Shown in pieces: positions 1-13,079 of a DNA stretch of 64,000 nt. Positions within the stretch are counted from its first letter, which is position 1; each line of letters starts with the position of its first letter. The notes beneath the pieces were generated by a model. The model had not been told where the DNA came from and did not search any database. It saw nothing but the letters and a program-made list of their open reading frames with translations. Location of the stretch: contig NC_091476.1 in the NCBI RefSeq assembly GCF_036971445.1, positions 10,664,001 to 10,728,000 on the forward strand, in the 5' to 3' direction. The DNA comes from Narcine bancroftii (lineage: Eukaryota). The position numbers were made by a program, and so were the translations under genes.

Positions 1-898
1 TGTTTCAACACATACAATAAATACACTGTGGTATCAGAAATTAAATTAAATTTAACATACATATCAGATTAAATTTGTGAAAGCCTCAACAATCAGATTG
101 TTGTAACCTTGAAGGCAAACTTCATCATGTTTTTGACCTGATGTTTTCATAATTTTAATTAGGGAAAAGTTATCTTTGTATAACTCCAATTAGTGCAATA
201 TTGAAATGTACCGACACATAAATGCTGTAGTGGTTAGGATAAAATGATCCTTGAAGTTCCATGAAGAGAGAAATAAAATGATCATGGTAGAAGTACTGCA
301 AGTATAAAGTTTTGGAGCAATGCTGAGGAACCTATCTAGACAAGATGATTGAAAGAAATAAAAACTAAAGACAAGGTTGGTTGGGATGTCAAGACACTGG
401 AAAAACAAAACCACAGTAAATGAACCCAAGGCAAACATTGCAGATGAAGAAATGCACCCCCCCCCCCCCCCCCCCAACCAGTTATGTACCTAACAAACAA
501 GGATGACTTCAAAATGTCCTATGGTATCAGCTTAAATATAAATTCTTACCTCTGTCATCAGGTGCACAATACCAAGTTCACTGATGGCAGGAGGCTTGTG
601 CCAACAGGAGGTATTTAAAAATGCTGGTCATACCAAGCTGGAGATGAATATTTAAGTCCCTTGTACATGATAAGATTTTATGATCCTAGCTTGGAGATCA
701 TTTATATTGCTTGGTTTGAATTTGGCTGATCTTACCCGTGAAGACAGAGTTATTAATGTCCCTGATCCCCTATTCTAATATCTCAACTTGTGAGAAAATT
801 AGATGTGGTTAAGAATTGTGGAAATAAATTAAGAAAAGGAACTTTTATTGCCCAACTATTTTCAAAATAACTAACATTTTCTTGGATTATCTTGACAG

Positions 899-1153
899 GT
901 CCTTTGTATCTGATGTTGGAGAGCTTTCTTATCCAGCTAGTCCAAATCATCCTGTTCAGCAATCTGCCATTTCTTATGTACCTGATAACAAAGAGCTTTT
1001 AACAGCTGTAACCCAGGCACAGGATCGTGCATACAGATTACCTACCACAAATATTAGGCAAACTTCACTCACTCGAGCTCAGCAACCTCACCTGACTCAA
1101 CCTACTGAGGCTATTCTTAATGGCCCAAGACCTCAGCTTCTGAAAGAGTACAG
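899..1153 (+). CDS. WASF3: WAVE/WASF3-like internal coding exon (third from last); gene begins upstream of the window
   Basis: Acceptor ttgacAG|G (897-898) and donor CAG|GTAATC. Reads (R)SFVSDVGELSYPASPNHPVQQ...LLKEY(S), resembling the WASF3 segment SHASDVTDYSYPATPNH. Its phase-2 end joins the next exon in frame. May be a WASF3-like paralog rather than the true ortholog. Confidence 0.88.
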
Positions 1154-1436
1154 GTAATCAAGACAATACTTGTTATTGAAGCATGAGAATGAATAGAAGA
1201 GTAAATAGTTATGTGTTGGGTGAAGGAATGAATACACTTTTGAGTTTGATGTTTGGTTGATATTTTTTCTCTTTTCAATGAACCTGTGAATCAGGCTGGT
1301 GGCCTTGTGCTATTTAATTCTGAATGTTGCACTGGTAATGTTCAGATTAAATTCTATTTCCCAGAGTCAAACTGCATATTTCCCCATTTAAACAAAAGTG
1401 AACAATGCGTAGAATATTTTTTGAATTTAGACTTGT

Positions 1437-1626
1437 AGCACTAAAAGGTCCACGAGCCTATGCCACCCAATCCCGGTACATTTTGAATAGTGGGTGGAAA
1501 CTAGAGCCCCAGGGAAAACCCATGCAGACATGGGGAGAATGAACAAACTCCTTACAGATAGTGCAGGATTCGAACCCAGGTCCCAAACACCTCTGCTGTA
1601 ACAGCATTGCGCTAACCGTGCCACCA
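1437..1626 (-). mobile_element. tRNA-derived V-SINE/HE1-like SINE
   Basis: The minus strand has an A-box-like TGGCACGGTTAGCGCAATG and B box GGGTTCGAATCC, then the core TAAGGAGTTTGTTCATTCTCCCCATG. Multiple copies occur in the window. Confidence 0.8.
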
Positions 1627-1926
1627 TATTTGGACCAGGCTGAGAAATATTATTTATTTGGAAATTAACAGGTATTATTTACATAATACCAATCCCTTTA
1701 GCATCTGGAGCTCAGACATAAAACTACACCTGTTTCGGGAAACTTGATGGCCTCTTGGGGAGGAAGCTTACACATTCAATGACCTGGAAGATTAATGCCC
1801 ATGTTGACATAGGCCAAAATAAATTGATGTACATTTCCCATGTCCATAAGCAAACTACAGGGTTAGTGCTGGTCGTCAGACCACTATTGCCATTGCCTCT
1901 GTCCCCGTATTCTGGCCTTGGGTTAA

Positions 1927-2242
1927 CACTGATATTTTCAACCTTTTTCTTTCCACTCACATACCACCTTAAGTATTCCCTATGCCAGAGGTGCATTAGT
2001 TAGGGATTGTTTAAGGTGGCATGTGAGTGGGGAGGGAAGGTTGAGAATCACTGCTCTAGACCCAGTTGTTACTGAAATATTTTACTTGAGAAAAATTGTC
2101 ATTGGCCCATTTTCTTTGGAGTTGTGTGCACATAACGAGTCAATCAGGTATGATTAAAACAGTGGTTTTCAAACTTTTTCTTTCTACTCCCATACCACCT
2201 TAAGTAATCCCTTACTAATCACAGAGCACCGATGGCATAGGG
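1927..2242. mobile_element. Composite hAT-like MITE copy A (two palindromic units plus spacer), split by the Gypsy insertion; remainder at 5659-5691
   Basis: Charlie-type termini CAGTGRTTYTCAA...TTGARAAYCACTG. The second unit breaks at about 2242 and resumes at 5659 (gtgagtgggg...gaaaaccactg). Confidence 0.8.
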
Positions 2243-5200
2243 AAATAACATCACTGGAGAGGAGCTGTAAGCTTTCTTTATTTGAACATAGTGCCACTCT
2301 GAAACTCTCCCCACAATGCACCACGTACCTGATGTCACACATGCATGCACATTCCCTTAATACTCTTTCCCCCTCAAAATGTTTTGTACTTACTGGTAAA
2401 TAAATATAAAATTAACTAATCGCAGCAACTATTGGAAACATACAAAGTCTTAAAGTCACCACCCATAATCTTTAAGATGTACTGAATAAAGTCTTTAAGT
2501 CAATGCACGTAGTCTTTTAGATGTACTGGAGAGATTCTTTATCTCTTGGATCTTCTCAAGGATGAAGAATGAGCTGGAGTATGATTTTTCAACTCCTCTG
2601 GTGCAGATGAGTTCTCCAGAGGAGAACCGGCATCTTGTTCCTGTGCTGATGGTACCACGGCTATCTCAGGGGCATTATCATTGGGTTGTGCCCAAAACAG
2701 AATGCCCGAGGGAATCATCCGCCATGGCAATGGGGATGGAGTCTTTGATTGCTCTTAACTAGTCGATGTGTCATTTCCATATCTGGTCCCCCCAAAAGTA
2801 CCAAATATGAAAATGGACTTAGTTTCTTTTGGAGCATGCCTCTTATCCATGTTTCTGTATTCTCCTAGAAATCCTTTACTAATACTCTTTCTCCAATCTC
2901 CAGAGCTTTTGTTAGTTTACCTGGGGATGTTGACTGTTGAATGTTTGGATGTACTGAAGTAAGTCGGTTCTCAAGGTTGCATCCAAAGATCATTTCTGCT
3001 GTCATGCATTATGTAGTGGAGTGCAGTGTTGTTCTGTATGATAACAGAAAGTCTGCAATTTTACGTGTTTTTTTTTTACGTGACTTCTTTGCCTTCATTG
3101 CCCTTTAAAACATCTGTGTGAAGGGCTTCACTTCCCCGTTAGTACTAGGGTGCAGATAATGTCACACATTGTTGCCTTGCAGAAACCGTTTGAAAGCAGC
3201 TGACACAAATTGAGGTCCATTGTCTGAAACCAGTTCTATGGGTAATCCATAACCTGTGAACACACCTCGTAGTTCCTCAATTGCTTTTTCCATTGTCATT
3301 GACCGTATTGGCACCAGTAAAGGCCATTTGGAATGTGCATCCACAATAATCAGGAAATTCTCCTCCATAAATGGACCAGCAAAATCAATGTGAATTCATT
3401 GCCATGGTCGTGATGGCCATTTCCATGGGTTAGTTTCAGCCTGGGCTGCCTTTGCTTGCATTTCTTAGCAGATGTGACCTCTCCACAGCATCTTTTCAAT
3501 GTCACTGTCCATTGATGGCCACCAGACATGCATGCGTGCCAGTGCCTTCATCCAGTCCATTCCTGGATGATTGGTGTAGAGATCCTTTAGCATTGCCTCT
3601 TGCCATTTCCTAGGGATGATCATTCTTGTTTCCTACAGCAGGGAACCCTCTTCAATTGATATTTCATTTTGCTGCATGATAAGCTTTCAATTCAGGGGTA
3701 ATACTATCAGCTTCTGGCCACCCATTCAAGGTGAAATTTAGACAGTGTAGCCTCTTTCCATACCTTTGCTGACATAGGCAAGTGGTGAAGTTGTACTTGG
3801 TTGATCGCTGTGGCTTTTGCCATTCAATTAATGTTCCCTTCTGCCTGTTCTGCCTCAGGCAGAGGCAAGTAAGCATGATAATGCACCTACATGACCATTC
3901 TTGTCTGCTGGACGAGGCTTTGGGTCATAATCGTACACCGCAAGCTCCATCAGCCATCTTTGAGTTCTTGCCGCTGCAAACACAGGAATGCCTTTCTTGG
4001 GGCCTAAGATCAATCTCAGTGCTCTGTGATTAGTAAGGGATTGTTTAAGGTGGTATGTGGGTGGAAAGAAAAAGGTTGAAAAGCACTGTTTTAATCGTCG
4101 CTAATTGACTCGTTTTGTGCATGGTTTCATAACTCCAAAGGAAATGGGCCATGACAATTTTTCTCAAGCAAAATATTTCAGTAACAATTGGGTCTAGAGC
4201 AGTGATTCTCAACCTTCCCTTCCCACTCACATCCCACCTTAAGCAATCCCTTACTAATCACAGAGCACCGATGGCATAGGGATTACTTAAAGTGGGATGT
4301 GAGTGGAAAGAAAAAGGTTGAGAACCACTGGTCTATCCCTTATACTTGATGTTTACATTTCCCTAGCACTTTGACTTTTGACTTTCTCTCTTGTAACTGT
4401 CTTTAACACTATATCCGACCGTTTCATTTCAAGTTTGGGCAGTAGTTTGTCTTTCAGGTCTTTCCACATTAATGACACGGCCACCCTGTGTTGAATTTCA
4501 TCTAGACTGGTTCATTGTTAGCTTTAATACAAATAAAAATTTCTGACCTGTGATCAACTGCACCACGGATGTACTTTACTGCCAATGCTCTGTCCTTCTT
4601 GGAGTTACTTTGGTTCTCTGGCTCACTGCTGGAACTTTTGTCATTTAATACTGGAGGATTGTTTTTTTATACTTCAATTTCTGGTTTTTCTTCCCTCGGT
4701 GACCCACTTTTTCTCTATTTTCTTTCTGTCTTGGACACTGTCTTGATGTGTCCCTCCTTGTCACATAACTAGCACTTGTCCCTTTTGTGATAAATCATCA
4801 GGGCTGTGGTTATTCCTACCATAGCAGAAGCATTCTCGTCACCACATGCTCCCCTCAATGCTATCTCATAGGCGGATTTAATGTCCAATTTTTCTGACTC
4901 AACAATCGTTGTTGGGCATCGCGGTCAGCAAGACTCTCAGAGCCTCATTCAAATAATTTTCAAAACTACATGTCTCCGACAACTTAAGCAATTCAGCAAA
5001 ATATTGGCTCACTGTTTTGCCTGTCTTTTGCTTTCTGGTGTAGAATTTCTATCTTTCCGCGATCACCACTGGTCTGAGGACAGATTCTCTCCAACCAGGT
5101 CACATAACTCTTCATAAGACTTGGTATTTGTTTTTGCCAGTGCCAATAGGGTCTGATCCGACCATACGTTCTGCACCCCCCACCTCACTTAAAAACAACA

Positions 5201-5658
5201 CCTGTTTTCTATTGCAGGTTTCCGTATCCCTCACATCATGGGCAATGCAGTACATATCGAACCTATCCACATATTCATACCAGTTTTACATTTCTTTATA
5301 TTCTCTAAATCATCCTTCCATCATTTTAACTACCTAATATTCAAATACAAGTAAATTCAGCATTTATTCTCACTTTTTGTCATCTTCCTCAAGTTTTTTC
5401 CCTTTTCCTGCCAAGCACGTGCTTCCATCTCACTGTAGCCCGACATCGTCCCTTTTCTTTTCACCTCTGAGATCCTTTTTACAAAATCATGTAGAGCCTA
5501 TCGTCCAGGGTTTATCCTCACTGCTACTTTGTTGTGTATTTCCCCTTTGGAAATAACATAACTAGACAGGAGCTGTAAGCCTGTGTTTCTTAATTTGAAC
5601 ATGGCACCACTCTGAAACTCTGTACCTGACATCACGCGTGCACGCACATTCCCATAAC
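2241..5658 (-). mobile_element. Degenerate Ty3/Gypsy LTR retrotransposon with short LTRs and RT deleted
   Basis: LTRs at 2241-2362 and 5530-5658. PPT GAGGGGGAAAGAG at 2363-2375 and a degenerate PBS next to 5530. Integrase motifs HIDFAGPF..IVDAHSKWP..VSDNGPQF at about 3130-3400. RNase H tail at about 3900-4010, and gag/zinc knuckle at about 4740-5340. Confidence 0.9.
4013..4330. mobile_element. Composite hAT-like MITE copy B, nested in the Gypsy
   Basis: Half unit, then a 111-bp spacer (4089-4199), then a full unit (4200-4330). The spacer is the same as in copies A and C. Confidence 0.85.
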
Positions 5659-5699
5659 GTGAGTGGGGAAAAAAACGTTTGAAAACCACTGCTTTACAT

Positions 5700-5860
5700 A
5701 ATGGCATTGTTAATGTAGCACCCAGTAACCTGGGTTCGAATCTTCTGCTGTCTGTAAGTTTGTACCTTCTCCCTGTGATTTGTTAGATTTCTCCAGTTGC
5801 CTTGTTTCCTCCCACTCTCCAAAATATACAGGATTAGAAGGTTAATTGGGTGGCATGGGT
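5700..5860 (+). mobile_element. V-SINE/HE1-like SINE
   Basis: B box CTGGGTTCGAATC followed by the SINE core seen in the other copies. Confidence 0.7.
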
Positions 5861-6688
5861 TTCTGTTTATTGATGTATATAAATTATTCCAATTTCCTCA
5901 AATATGCATTGACATAAAATGGAGGCCATCCTCAAGATGGAGAATTGTCCTCTATTCTATTATCTTTTGTGTTGTTCCTCTTTTATGTTATTCCACCCAC
6001 TCTTCCCCATTCCAGAAACAGAGAAAATTTGCCATCTCCATCTTTTTCACTTAGTTCAGGAGCACTGACTTGTTCTGAGCCATTGAGCTGCATTTTCCTA
6101 CCTGCAGTCCATCAGTTTCATGAAAATGAGTGTTGTCCCAATACTACCATTCATGTGTTTGATCACTTTACTACCAGATACTCGTGTGTAAATCGATTTC
6201 TTTGCCCCAAACACATTGTGTTCATATTTACTTGGATTAATCACATCAGTGGAGTTTTTAATATCCAAAATTTTCCAGTGTTGTTATTTGAATCTACTTT
6301 ATACAATTTTGTTTCAGTAACCTTTCCCTGCTTGTTTTCCATTTTTTAAACCAATGGCCAATAAAGCAGATATTTATGGAACTTATTTTGAAAAATCACA
6401 TCTGAGAAAATTTTAATCTAATGTTCTGACATTGCAGCAAAATTGTCTTTCTGATAAATGTGCATTTTTCTTTAGCTTTTGAAAACCACTTCAGTGCAGA
6501 ACATTTGAGTTTGATCAGAATTTTTTCTTTTAAATTGAAGGTAGTGTAATTTAAACTTTATTATTATCAACAGGTATAAATAGATAACAAACATTAAAAT
6601 GCTAATTACAAAAAAAATTGCTGTCTATGCCAGCATTTGATATTTAACTCTCAAACATCCGTTGATTAATATTTTCCTCTTTTTACAG

Positions 6689-7065
6689 TGCACAGCCAGT
6701 GCAGTTGGCAGAGTACTACACACCACCTGTCCCTGCTCCTCCACCTCCACCCCCCCCTCTTATTCCTTCAGCCCAAACTGCCTTTGACAGTCCTATCTCT
6801 GCACCTCCCCCTCTTGCACTCAGTTCGGTGGCAGCTGTTGGCCGCACATACACCCCTTCACCACCTCCACCTCCATCGTCTTATACCCCGCCTCCTCCTG
6901 GACCTCCTGCTGCACCTCCTCCTCCTCCACCTGGCCCACCTCTTTTGGTTCCATCGCCCTTGCACACTGCCTCACCACCATCTGTGACTGAAATAAAGAA
7001 AGCCCAAGCAACTCTAATGCCAATCAGTGATGCTCGAAGTGACTTGCTTGCTGCTATTCGAAGAG
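6689..7065 (+). CDS. WASF3: WAVE/WASF3-like proline-rich exon plus start of the WH2 domain
   Basis: Polypyrimidine acceptor ttttcctctttttacAG and donor AGAG|GTGAGT. Encodes AQPVQLAEYY...PPPPLIPSAQTAF...PISDARSDLLAAIRR(G). Confidence 0.95.
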
Positions 7066-7299
7066 GTGAGTGGCATTCAGTTCTAATTACATTTAAAATG
7101 GAGGCTAACTAAATGACATTTGATCTCAGAGATGCTTTGGAGCAGCTCCATCACCGCTCTAAAGAACCGAGTGCATCAGCATCTACTAATTGTACTAAAT
7201 TCCATCAAGCTCAAAGTGATTGAATGCCAAAAAAATCTAGGATTAAACTGATTGTAAAACTTTATTAAAAGGTAGTTCAGGCAATTAATGTCATTTAGT

Positions 7300-8570
7300 T
7301 TGCAGACACTTGAAAACATAATGCTGGAGAAACTCAGTAGGTCAAACAGTCTGTTTTATATAGCAGAGATAAAGATACATCACCAACGTTTTGGGCTTGA
7401 GCCTTCATCAAGGTGTGAGCAAAATGTTGGCAGGTGCCTGAATAAAATTGGGGGGGGGGGGGAAGAGAAGAGCACAGGCCCAAAGCAAGAGGTAATAGGT
7501 AGATAAGAGAGGTAGGGCCAAGAGTAATTCTCAGGAGGGGAGATGGCTCTGTGAATGGAGGGGTAGGGGATGTAGAGCTGGAGGAAAGGAGATGGGGGGG
7601 ATGGGGAAGAACGGGAGAACTGGTAGTGCTCTTGCAGAAACTAGAGAAGTTGATGTTCAAACCATCCAGTTGGAGAGTGCCCAGAAGGAACTGTGGTACA
7701 CACAATAATCACGCTGACATGGTGGAGTAATTAAACGGCTTTAATTACCAAAAACCTGAGCATGACTGATACATGACTTGGCCAGGTTCCAGATACAGGA
7801 GCAAGAGGGGGCAAGTCCGGCATGCCAACCTTTATTGGGAAATACAGGTAGGAGCCAAGGGAGGGGCTAGGGAAAGTCAGATAGGTTTGGACTGGCCAGT
7901 CCATACATCTACGCAAATGCCTTTCACCACAGGAATATTAGGTGTTTCTCCTCCAATTTATGAGTGCCTTTGGTTTGGAAGTGCATGAGGCCATAGACTG
8001 ACATGTAGGTGCAGAAGTGGGCCACTGGGAGATCTCTGTTATTGATGTGGACTGAGCGCCAGATGCGTAGATGACTCCTGCAGATTAAAAGTAAAATGTT
8101 GCTTCATTTGGAAGGACTGCTTGGGGTCATGAATGGTGGTGAGGGAGGTGCAAGTGTGACACTTCTTGTGGTCAAAGGGGAGGGTGATTTGTGGGATGAG
8201 TGGACAAGGGAGTCATGAGGGAGTGATCCTGAAGGAAAGTGGAGAGGGGAAGATGCGTCTGGTGGGGTGATGGGCAAGGACAAGATTAATCCAGTTTTTG
8301 TTGCATCTCGAGGTAGAGGGGGCCAGATATATGGGAAATGGAGGAGCAGGTAAGGGCTGAGTTGATGGTGGTAGAGGGGAAGCCATGTTTTTAAGGAGGA
8401 CATCTTGAATTATCTAGTCTGGGAGACCTTATCTTGAGAGAAGATGTGATGGAGACAGAAATTAAAAGAAAGAATAGAATCCTTACAGGGGATTGATTGT
8501 GAAGAAGTGTAGCTGAGGTAGGTTTGTTTTTTAAAAAACGTCTGTAGAAAGTTTCTCTCCTGAGATTAAG
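7300..8570 (-). mobile_element. Penelope-like element remnant, interrupted by a solo LTR
   Basis: Terminal ATGCTGGAGAAACTCAG motif shared with other fragments in the window, a hammerhead-like motif at about 7385-7413, and a purine-skewed degenerate coding body. Confidence 0.6.
7692..7931 (-). mobile_element. Solo LTR (240 bp)
   Basis: TGTGGT...ACCACA inverted ends, flanked by GGAAC/GGAAT (5-bp TSD, one mismatch). AATAAA on the minus strand. Confidence 0.8.
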
Positions 8571-9515
8571 ACAATGATTTTGATGATGAGTAGACTGATC
8601 TTGTATGCGAGTATAAAAATTGAAATAGTTTCACTGTATGATAAATCACAAGCATATCCTAGTGGCAGCAGGGAATAAAAGTGAAATCACTGATTTAAGT
8701 TCACAGGTGAAAATGAGCACACACGTGCACACACAACCCAAGTAAGGGACAGTATTGTGCCATTTAGTGTCTCTACTCACTGAATAAGTTAATTTCATTA
8801 TCTATCTCTATATATCTATTCTAAAAAAAAGTTCAAAGTTATCAATTTTGATATTTTAAAATATACCATACAGTAAATAAAGTACGAGTTTTAACCTTGA
8901 GCAAGAGTATGATCATCAAGGAAACTTTTTTTTGGATTAGCAAATATAACTTTGATTTTCCCAAAATTCATTATCCAAGAACATGCCAGTAATTATTGAC
9001 CCATCAGACTCTCTTTTTCTACTATTTGAGGAAATCAAGGTTTTATCTCATTGACCCTTTTGATCACTGTTTCCCTGGGTTGAATGATTTCAAGATTATA
9101 CAATAGAAAAAAAATAAAAATTAGAGTTTTGAAGAGAGGTGACTTGATTGAAGTGCACAAAATAGAGAATGAGTGTTTTGGATATTCGAAGAATCGAGGA
9201 ATTATGGGAACAGGGCAGGATAATGCTGTGATCTTGTTGAATCGCAGAGCAGCCCCAAGAGCCAAATGTCCTGTTTCTATATCTACATTTTTGCTCAGTG
9301 ACTAAGCTGCATTAAAGCTGAAAGGTCACAATTTAATGGGGAGGAGTATTACAGTTGTGCTCTTACTTCAATAAACCAACCAACCAGTCTACCTATACTA
9401 TGTGTTTGATTGCCTTGCCTAGCAACCTATTCTGCAATTCTCTACTCCTCATTAAGACACATTTCATATAACTTTCCTTTTATAAATACAATTGTAAGTC
9501 TTAGCAAGTTGAATA

Positions 9516-9834
9516 CAGGTTGTACCTCTCTACTCTGGCACTCTGGGGTTCACCAATTCCTGTGGTCCAGCACGTTTTGAATCTGCCACCATTAGTTTGT
9601 GGATCTGCCACCAGGGTGGCGCTGTTAGCAACACTAATGTACATTGCAGCCAAACATTTTGGTCATAGTCCTGTTAATTTCTTATATTCAGTTGTATTTT
9701 AGCCCTTCAGGATGTCAAGAAGGCATAAGGTTACATAGAGGGTTCCCTGAGGGGTCAATTTCTGTTTTTTGGCATTTTCTGTGGTCCAGCAATGGCCAGA
9801 TCACAACATAACCAGATTAAAGAGGTACAACCTG
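9516..9834. mobile_element. Tc1/mariner (Tigger-like) MITE
   Basis: TIRs CAGGTTGTACCTCT / AGAGGTACAACCTG, with TA on both sides. Confidence 0.88.
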
Positions 9835-10041
9835 TATTTCAATGTAATGACATTTTGCCTGGATAAAATTTATAAATCAATTTCCAAGTTATAAAATTTT
9901 CAAATGAGCAACTTAACGTTTCTATTCCAAAGTAAACAAATCTACCTTCCCAAATGTTTCCTCATTATATTTTTCTTCATTTGAGTTGTACAATGGCCAA
10001 AAACTGAAAGACACCTTGTAACCAGGCCTTATCTACTACAG

Positions 10042-10199
10042 GAATTCAGCTTCGAAAAGTACAAGAACAGCGAGAGCAAGAAGCCAAAAAGGAGCCTGTA
10101 GGGAATGATGTGGCAACCATCTTGTCTCGCAGAATTGCAGTAGAGTATAGTGAGTCTGACGATGACTCCGAACTGGACGAGAATGAGTGGTCTGATTAG
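10042..10199 (+). CDS. WASF3: WAVE/WASF3-like terminal coding exon (WH2 end, central and acidic regions of the VCA)
   Basis: Acceptor tacAG at 10040-10041. Reads [52 protein letters not shown] with TAG at 10197-10199. Not reported in the ORF track in this frame. Confidence 0.96.
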
Positions 10200-11240
10200 C
10201 AAGTTTACTTACGTATTTGAGAAATGTTATCTGGAGTGACCCAGCCTTGGGGGGGGGGGGTTTCTGTTTTTCAAGGTGTGGGATGCAGATACATTTACAT
10301 ATTTTAGCTGATGTATCCCTTGTAACCACACCTAAGTAAAGCACACATTAAAAATGTAAAATAAATAACATTGTTTATTGGCCTGCCTCTGGTGTAAAAT
10401 GCCAGGTGCTTTTTATGAGCATGGCTTCTATATATTTCTATGATTTAGAATGTGCTCTTGTGAACACGTATTGGATTTATATTTCCAATGGTGATGTACA
10501 TCCAGAATCGTTCACTATATTTAAGCAAATGTCTTCATCTGATCAGTGGCAGAAGTCTAAATTTAGGTGTTCCTTTTGTTGAACAAATGCTATGTAATAC
10601 CAAAAATAAGTGAAATTCCTCCTATATTGTGCATACACAAGATCTTGGCTGTCCATATTATTATTAACATAAACACAAAGAAATTTTGCTGTAGTTTATG
10701 TCACAGAATAATTGAAAAATGCTAGAGATCCTGTTCTATAAGTTAATATTGCCTTTAACCTGATATTAAATACTGCAGCCCAGGACTGCGATTTTCTGAC
10801 ATTACAGGTCAACAATCAGGTCACTGACAATCTAGTGGTGAGCTCATACCACTGTGAATGAATAATAACTAATTCTTTTTAGTTAATTTGAGTAATTCAG
10901 ATAATAGTATCAGGTAATCAACACAAGCCTCAAGTTACAATTTAGGTTATTTTTGCAGTGAAAGATAAATATTTATGGATGTAGTAAAGTTCCCAGCTAA
11001 TTAAAAAAATTAAAATTTGAGATATTTGAAATACAAACTAAAATCATTTCAAAGTCATAATCTGAGATGATGATGTTAGTCCCTAACCTCAACAACAGAT
11101 ACAAAAGTGCAATGTCATTCCATTTATTTTCCACCTGGAAACCCTACATTTTCAAAGTATCACCTGCCTCTTGATGGGTCCCAAAGTTGTTGCCTCACTA
11201 ATAAATCTTAAATTATTCCTTTCGTAAAATAAACATTCAT
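10200..11240 (+). other. Probable 3' UTR of the WASF gene with candidate poly(A) signals
   Basis: Repeat-poor AT-rich sequence after the stop, with AATAAA near 10360, 11200 and 11230. The true end is unknown. Confidence 0.45.
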
Positions 11241-12176
11241 AACTTTGATACAGGTGCTGTTCTATCTACATGCTGTATACTTGTTTGTAGCACTTCCATG
11301 ACATGATTGAAAATGGTGATAGGGATGTTTTTATTAATGTCTTATTAATATTTGTGTTCCACTGTTGGACGCCTCTCTATTTGCTGTTCCTGATTAGAGA
11401 CCCCTGAGCTCAAACTTTTAATTTCTTCTTAATCAGTACCATCTGGTCATTCTGTATTTCCCATGCAGAAAGGTCCCTATAAATCCTTCTATTGCCATGA
11501 CCTTAGAAGTATAATGAAATTAGACCATAGGAAGAGTGCAACATACTCTAATTAAAAGCCTCTAATACAGGGCTAGCCAAAAATAGCATGCACTCGGTTA
11601 AAGTTCACTGTCAGCTGTCTATTCAAAATGAGGGAGAAACATCAAAACAAAATTTGCCTGGAAATTGTACTTATTTGCACTTGATTAATTTGTGCAAATC
11701 TTATATAAAAATAATATTGTGCATCTATTTCAGGTTGAGATCCTGCCCTTTGGGAAATTTGAACCAAGAATATGCAGTATTGTTCATCCTTCTTGGTTCC
11801 ATATGGAATTTAAACTGGAGGTGGGGGAGGGTGTGCTGTCATTGAACCGATGTATGCGGTGCTCAGATAGAAATTGGATCAAAAGATTAGACCATAGTTT
11901 TTCATTCAAGAGACCCAAAATGGATAACCATACCGAAATTAAAGGTGCATAATTTTCATACCCAATGACCCCTCCTCCCCACATTCTAAATTATTTACTG
12001 ATTATTTCAGTGCATGAGAACACACACCCAGTTTTCACCCTCTCCTGACCTCCGTTTCTTTCCCCCCACCACCATCCACATAGTTTTTCACTCCTTCTTC
12101 CCTTATTTCCACACTCAAGGAATATGTAGCAAAAGTAGATACTGGACAAGGCCTAATGAGTCATTCGGTTTGATGG

Positions 12177-12285
12177 CAATTAGAAGTGAGCAGTGAATGC
12201 TGACCTTGCCAGTAATGCCCACATTCTGATAAATTAAATTTGAGTATTGCTGGCAAGGTTATAATTTACTGCTCATTTCTAATTG
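12177..12285. repeat. Imperfect inverted repeat, probably two tail-to-tail retroposon 3' ends
   Basis: caattagaagtgagcagt..gaccttgccagtaat pairs with attgctggcaaggtt..actgctcatttctaattg. Confidence 0.55.
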
Positions 12286-13079
12286 TGCCAAAATTATTAA
12301 AAAAAAAACATGTTTACAAGGCAATTTAATCTAAAATAAGAGGGAAAATTACCAGCTAATTAATGTTGAGTAAAGAGGAGAATGAGTGCTTTTCAGACAT
12401 AAAAGGAAGCTCCTGAATGATGTCATAATAATCATCAAGAGATAAAACTGCCGAGACAATTTAAAGGCAAAAAATTCTCCTCGAACAGTAATGGGGAGAG
12501 ACATTTGGGAATAAGGAGTAGAGTGTAAGAATGACAAAGATGGAAAGAAGGATCAATGCAATGGAAATCTTATTTTGTGAAAATATTTTAACTTGCTCAT
12601 ATTTAAAAGACTACCACATACACAAAAGGTGGCCTGCCACTAATTTTTTTTTTTAAAAGAACAGTTGGGGATGACCAATAAGCATGCACATTGTTGGCGA
12701 CATATACACCCTGAGCAATTTTTTTTTAAAAATGAGCTGATTTGCACATTTCAAAACCAACAAGATAAAGGTGGAGGTGCAATTAAATAAGGAACAGCCA
12801 AACAGGCAAGAGATGAACAAGGAAAAAATATATTTTAATAAGACGAGCAAGTGTTCAGACCATTTTAAATTGCAAATTGAATTTTGAAAGAGTGGCACAG
12901 GTGCTGACAGATAGAAAGGCAACGTTGCGGTTAGCATGAGAGCATAGCTGCACTGAAATACAGTAAATGTAATCAAATGAAAAAATGCTGGGTGGTATCC
13001 ACATGGATAACTGCAGTATATTTTGAGTTTTACAATATGCATTATTACTTTAAAAGGTTGTTACATAAATTACACCATT

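Noticed and set aside
1560-1626. tRNA-like A and B boxes
   Set aside because: SINE heads with no cloverleaf, followed by the SINE core.
2440-2530. Spaced short repeats, superficially CRISPR-like
   Set aside because: Only an imperfect two-copy tandem duplication of about 43 bp in the Gypsy 3' region of a vertebrate genome.
6688-7023. Alternative-frame and antisense ORFs over the proline-rich exon
   Set aside because: By-products of CCN codon runs.
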